From positions 1,280,001 to 1,344,000 of the forward strand of contig CAVVLJ010000016.1 in assembly GCA_963749075.1 (NCBI GenBank): a stretch of DNA of 64,000 bases. The letters are read 5' to 3'. The notes under the pieces were generated by a model, which saw nothing but the letters and a program-made list of their open reading frames with translations, was not told where the DNA came from and made no database searches. The position numbers and the translations under genes were made by a program. The stretch is from an uncultured Pseudomonadota bacterium (GTDB taxonomy: Bacteria; Pseudomonadota; Alphaproteobacteria; JACZXZ01). Position 1 is the stretch's first letter. The number at the start of each line of letters is the position of its first letter. Below, piece by piece: positions 62,549 to 64,000 of this stretch.

Positions 62549-63970
62549 CTACTTGGCAATGAAGACCGGATCGACGCGGTTCGCCGAGCCGTCGTCCGGG
62601 GGCTTGCTGCCGAGCAGGCGCAGGCCGATGCGCTCATCGCTCACGCCTTGGTTGATGAGGTAGTCGCGCACGTTAAGCGAGCGCCTGTAGGACAGCAGGC
62701 GCGCCTGCTCCGCCTGCGCCTCGGTCGCGCCGGCATAATAGGCGTAGAGCTGGAGGCGCAGCTCGTTGCTCTTCGCCAGCCGGCCGGCGAGCTTGTCGAG
62801 CTCGGCCTTGACCGGCTCCGTGAGCTCGGCGCTACCCGGCGCGAAGTGGATGCTGGGCGCCTTCTCGCCCGCTGCCTGGGCCGGACTCTCGGCCGCGGCC
62901 GGCTTGGCCGCGACTTGGGCCGCGGGGGCGGCACTCGCCGGCTTGGCCGGCGTCGCCGCCGGAGCGGGCGGTGCCGCCGACGTGGCTGCCGGCGCAGCGC
63001 TGGCGGGCGGCGCTGGCGCTGCTGCGGCTACCCGAGGTGCCGGTGCCGCGGGCGGCGGCGTCTCGGGCGCGGCGGCGCGTGCGGGCGCCGCTGCGGGTGG
63101 TGCGGGCGCCCGAGCCGCCGCGGCTGGCGCCGACACCGGCGTTGGGGGTGTCGCTGGCCGCGGCGTCGGGGTCGGGGTCGTCGGCGCTTGCGGCTTGGGG
63201 GCCGAGGCCGCCAAGGCCGGGGCCGCTGCCGGCCGCTTTGCAGTCGCCGGCGGCGGTTGCGGACGCGGCAACGCCGCCCGCGGAGGTGCGGCGGCGGCAC
63301 TCTTGCTCGGCGTTGCCGGCGGCCCCGGCCGCGCCAGATTTTGCATGTAGCGAAGGAGCCCGCTCGAGACGCGGCCGTCGACCGGCAGCCCGTCCTCCTG
63401 TTGGAAGAGCCGGATCGCTCGCAGCGTCTTCATCCCCAAGCGTCCGTCAGTGTCGGGCTCGTAACCGAAAGAGACGAGCAGCCGCTGGATCTCGGCAAGC
63501 TCGGGAGAGGGCGGCTCGGGCTTTGGCGTCCGCGCGGCAACGGCGGCGTACGGCTTCGCCGCTCCAGCCGCTGCCGCCGGCGCCCTTGGCGGTGGCGGTG
63601 GCGCGGGTGGAGCGGCCACAAGCGCCTTGGCCGGCGGCGCCGGCACGGGTGCCGCAGCACTCGGAGGCGCCGCGGGCGGAGCGGCGGCAACCGCCTTCTC
63701 CGGCGGCGCCGGCGCCGGTGCGGGCGCGCTTGCCGGTGCGGCGGGCGGAGCCGTGGGGGGCGTCGCCTCCGCAAGCGGCTTCGGCGGCATCGCAGCGGGT
63801 GCCGCCGCGGAGGGTGCGGCGGTGCTCGGCGTGCTCACCTCGACGCTCCTGGCCAATGGTGCCGGAGCCGGGGACTGCCGGGACACGTAATAGACCGCCG
63901 CGATGGCGGCCGCCGCTGCAACCACGCCGAGCCCGAGCAAGAGCGCCGATATCTTCACTTGCGTCGCCAA
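62549..63970 (-). CDS. Membrane-anchored Pro/Ala-rich protein with peptidoglycan-binding domain and C-terminal OmpA-like domain
   Basis: N-terminal TM; IQRLLVSFGY...DGRLGMKTLRAIRLFQQEDGLPVDG; IHFAPGSAEL...LSYRRSLNVRDYLINQGV...NRVD. Confidence 0.8.
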   Translation of the reverse strand: MATQVKISALLLGLGVVAAAAAIAAVYYVSRQSPAPAPLARSVEVSTPSTAAPSAAAPAAMPPKPLAEATPPTAPPAAPASAPAPAPAPPEKAVAAAPPAAPPSAAAPVPAPPAKALVAAPPAPPPPPRAPAAAAGAAKPYAAVAARTPKPEPPSPELAEIQRLLVSFGYEPDTDGRLGMKTLRAIRLFQQEDGLPVDGRVSSGLLRYMQNLARPGPPATPSKSAAAAPPRAALPRPQPPPATAKRPAAAPALAASAPKPQAPTTPTPTPRPATPPTPVSAPAAAARAPAPPAAAPARAAAPETPPPAAPAPRVAAAAPAPPASAAPAATSAAPPAPAATPAKPASAAPAAQVAAKPAAAESPAQAAGEKAPSIHFAPGSAELTEPVKAELDKLAGRLAKSNELRLQLYAYYAGATEAQAEQARLLSYRRSLNVRDYLINQGVSDERIGLRLLGSKPPDDGSANRVDPVFIAK

Positions 63971-64000
63971 TCTCCAGCTGGAGGGCCTAGCCGATAGGCC

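Noticed and set aside
62880-63830. GCC/GGC-rich low-complexity DNA as a repeat element
   Set aside because: Explained by the Pro/Ala linkers of the 62549-63970 protein

Overview
High-GC bacterial chromosome segment, most likely an Alphaproteobacterium (Rhodospirillales/Stellaceae-like; inferred from the ssb...gyrA-coaD-cyclophilin order, the Flp pilin and the REP-like repeats). Core genes: purC, gyrA, coaD, cyclophilin, ssb, tRNA-Lys(UUU). Catabolic or transport clusters: a peptide ABC transporter with D-aminoacylase and MlrC-like peptidase; a TPP lyase with a formyl-CoA-transferase-like gene; an IclR regulator with a polar amino-acid ABC transporter and class III aminotransferase; and an RND efflux pump. 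The four most interesting accessory loci are: (1) 5.5-9.6 kb, a perfect palindromic operator followed by a small RHH-like gene, a ~1040-aa amino-methyltransferase and a coupled PD-(D/E)xK-like nuclease (candidate split restriction-modification-like defence system); (2) 20.8-28.7 kb, a minimal RiPP-like locus with a Lys-rich NHLP-clan precursor and B12-dependent radical SAM enzyme, next to a cyclase-STAND-TPR protein and a signal-less S41 protease; (3) 36.7-41.4 kb, a signal-less subtilase paired with a large unknown membrane protein; (4) 2.6-3.6 kb, a stand-alone Ntox44-like toxin-tip candidate. Four frameshifts and several substitutions of conserved residues all map to GAC to GAAC/AAC changes, which looks like a systematic, possibly methylation-linked, sequencing artefact rather than true pseudogenes. 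All family calls come from motif recognition by eye; no database search was run.
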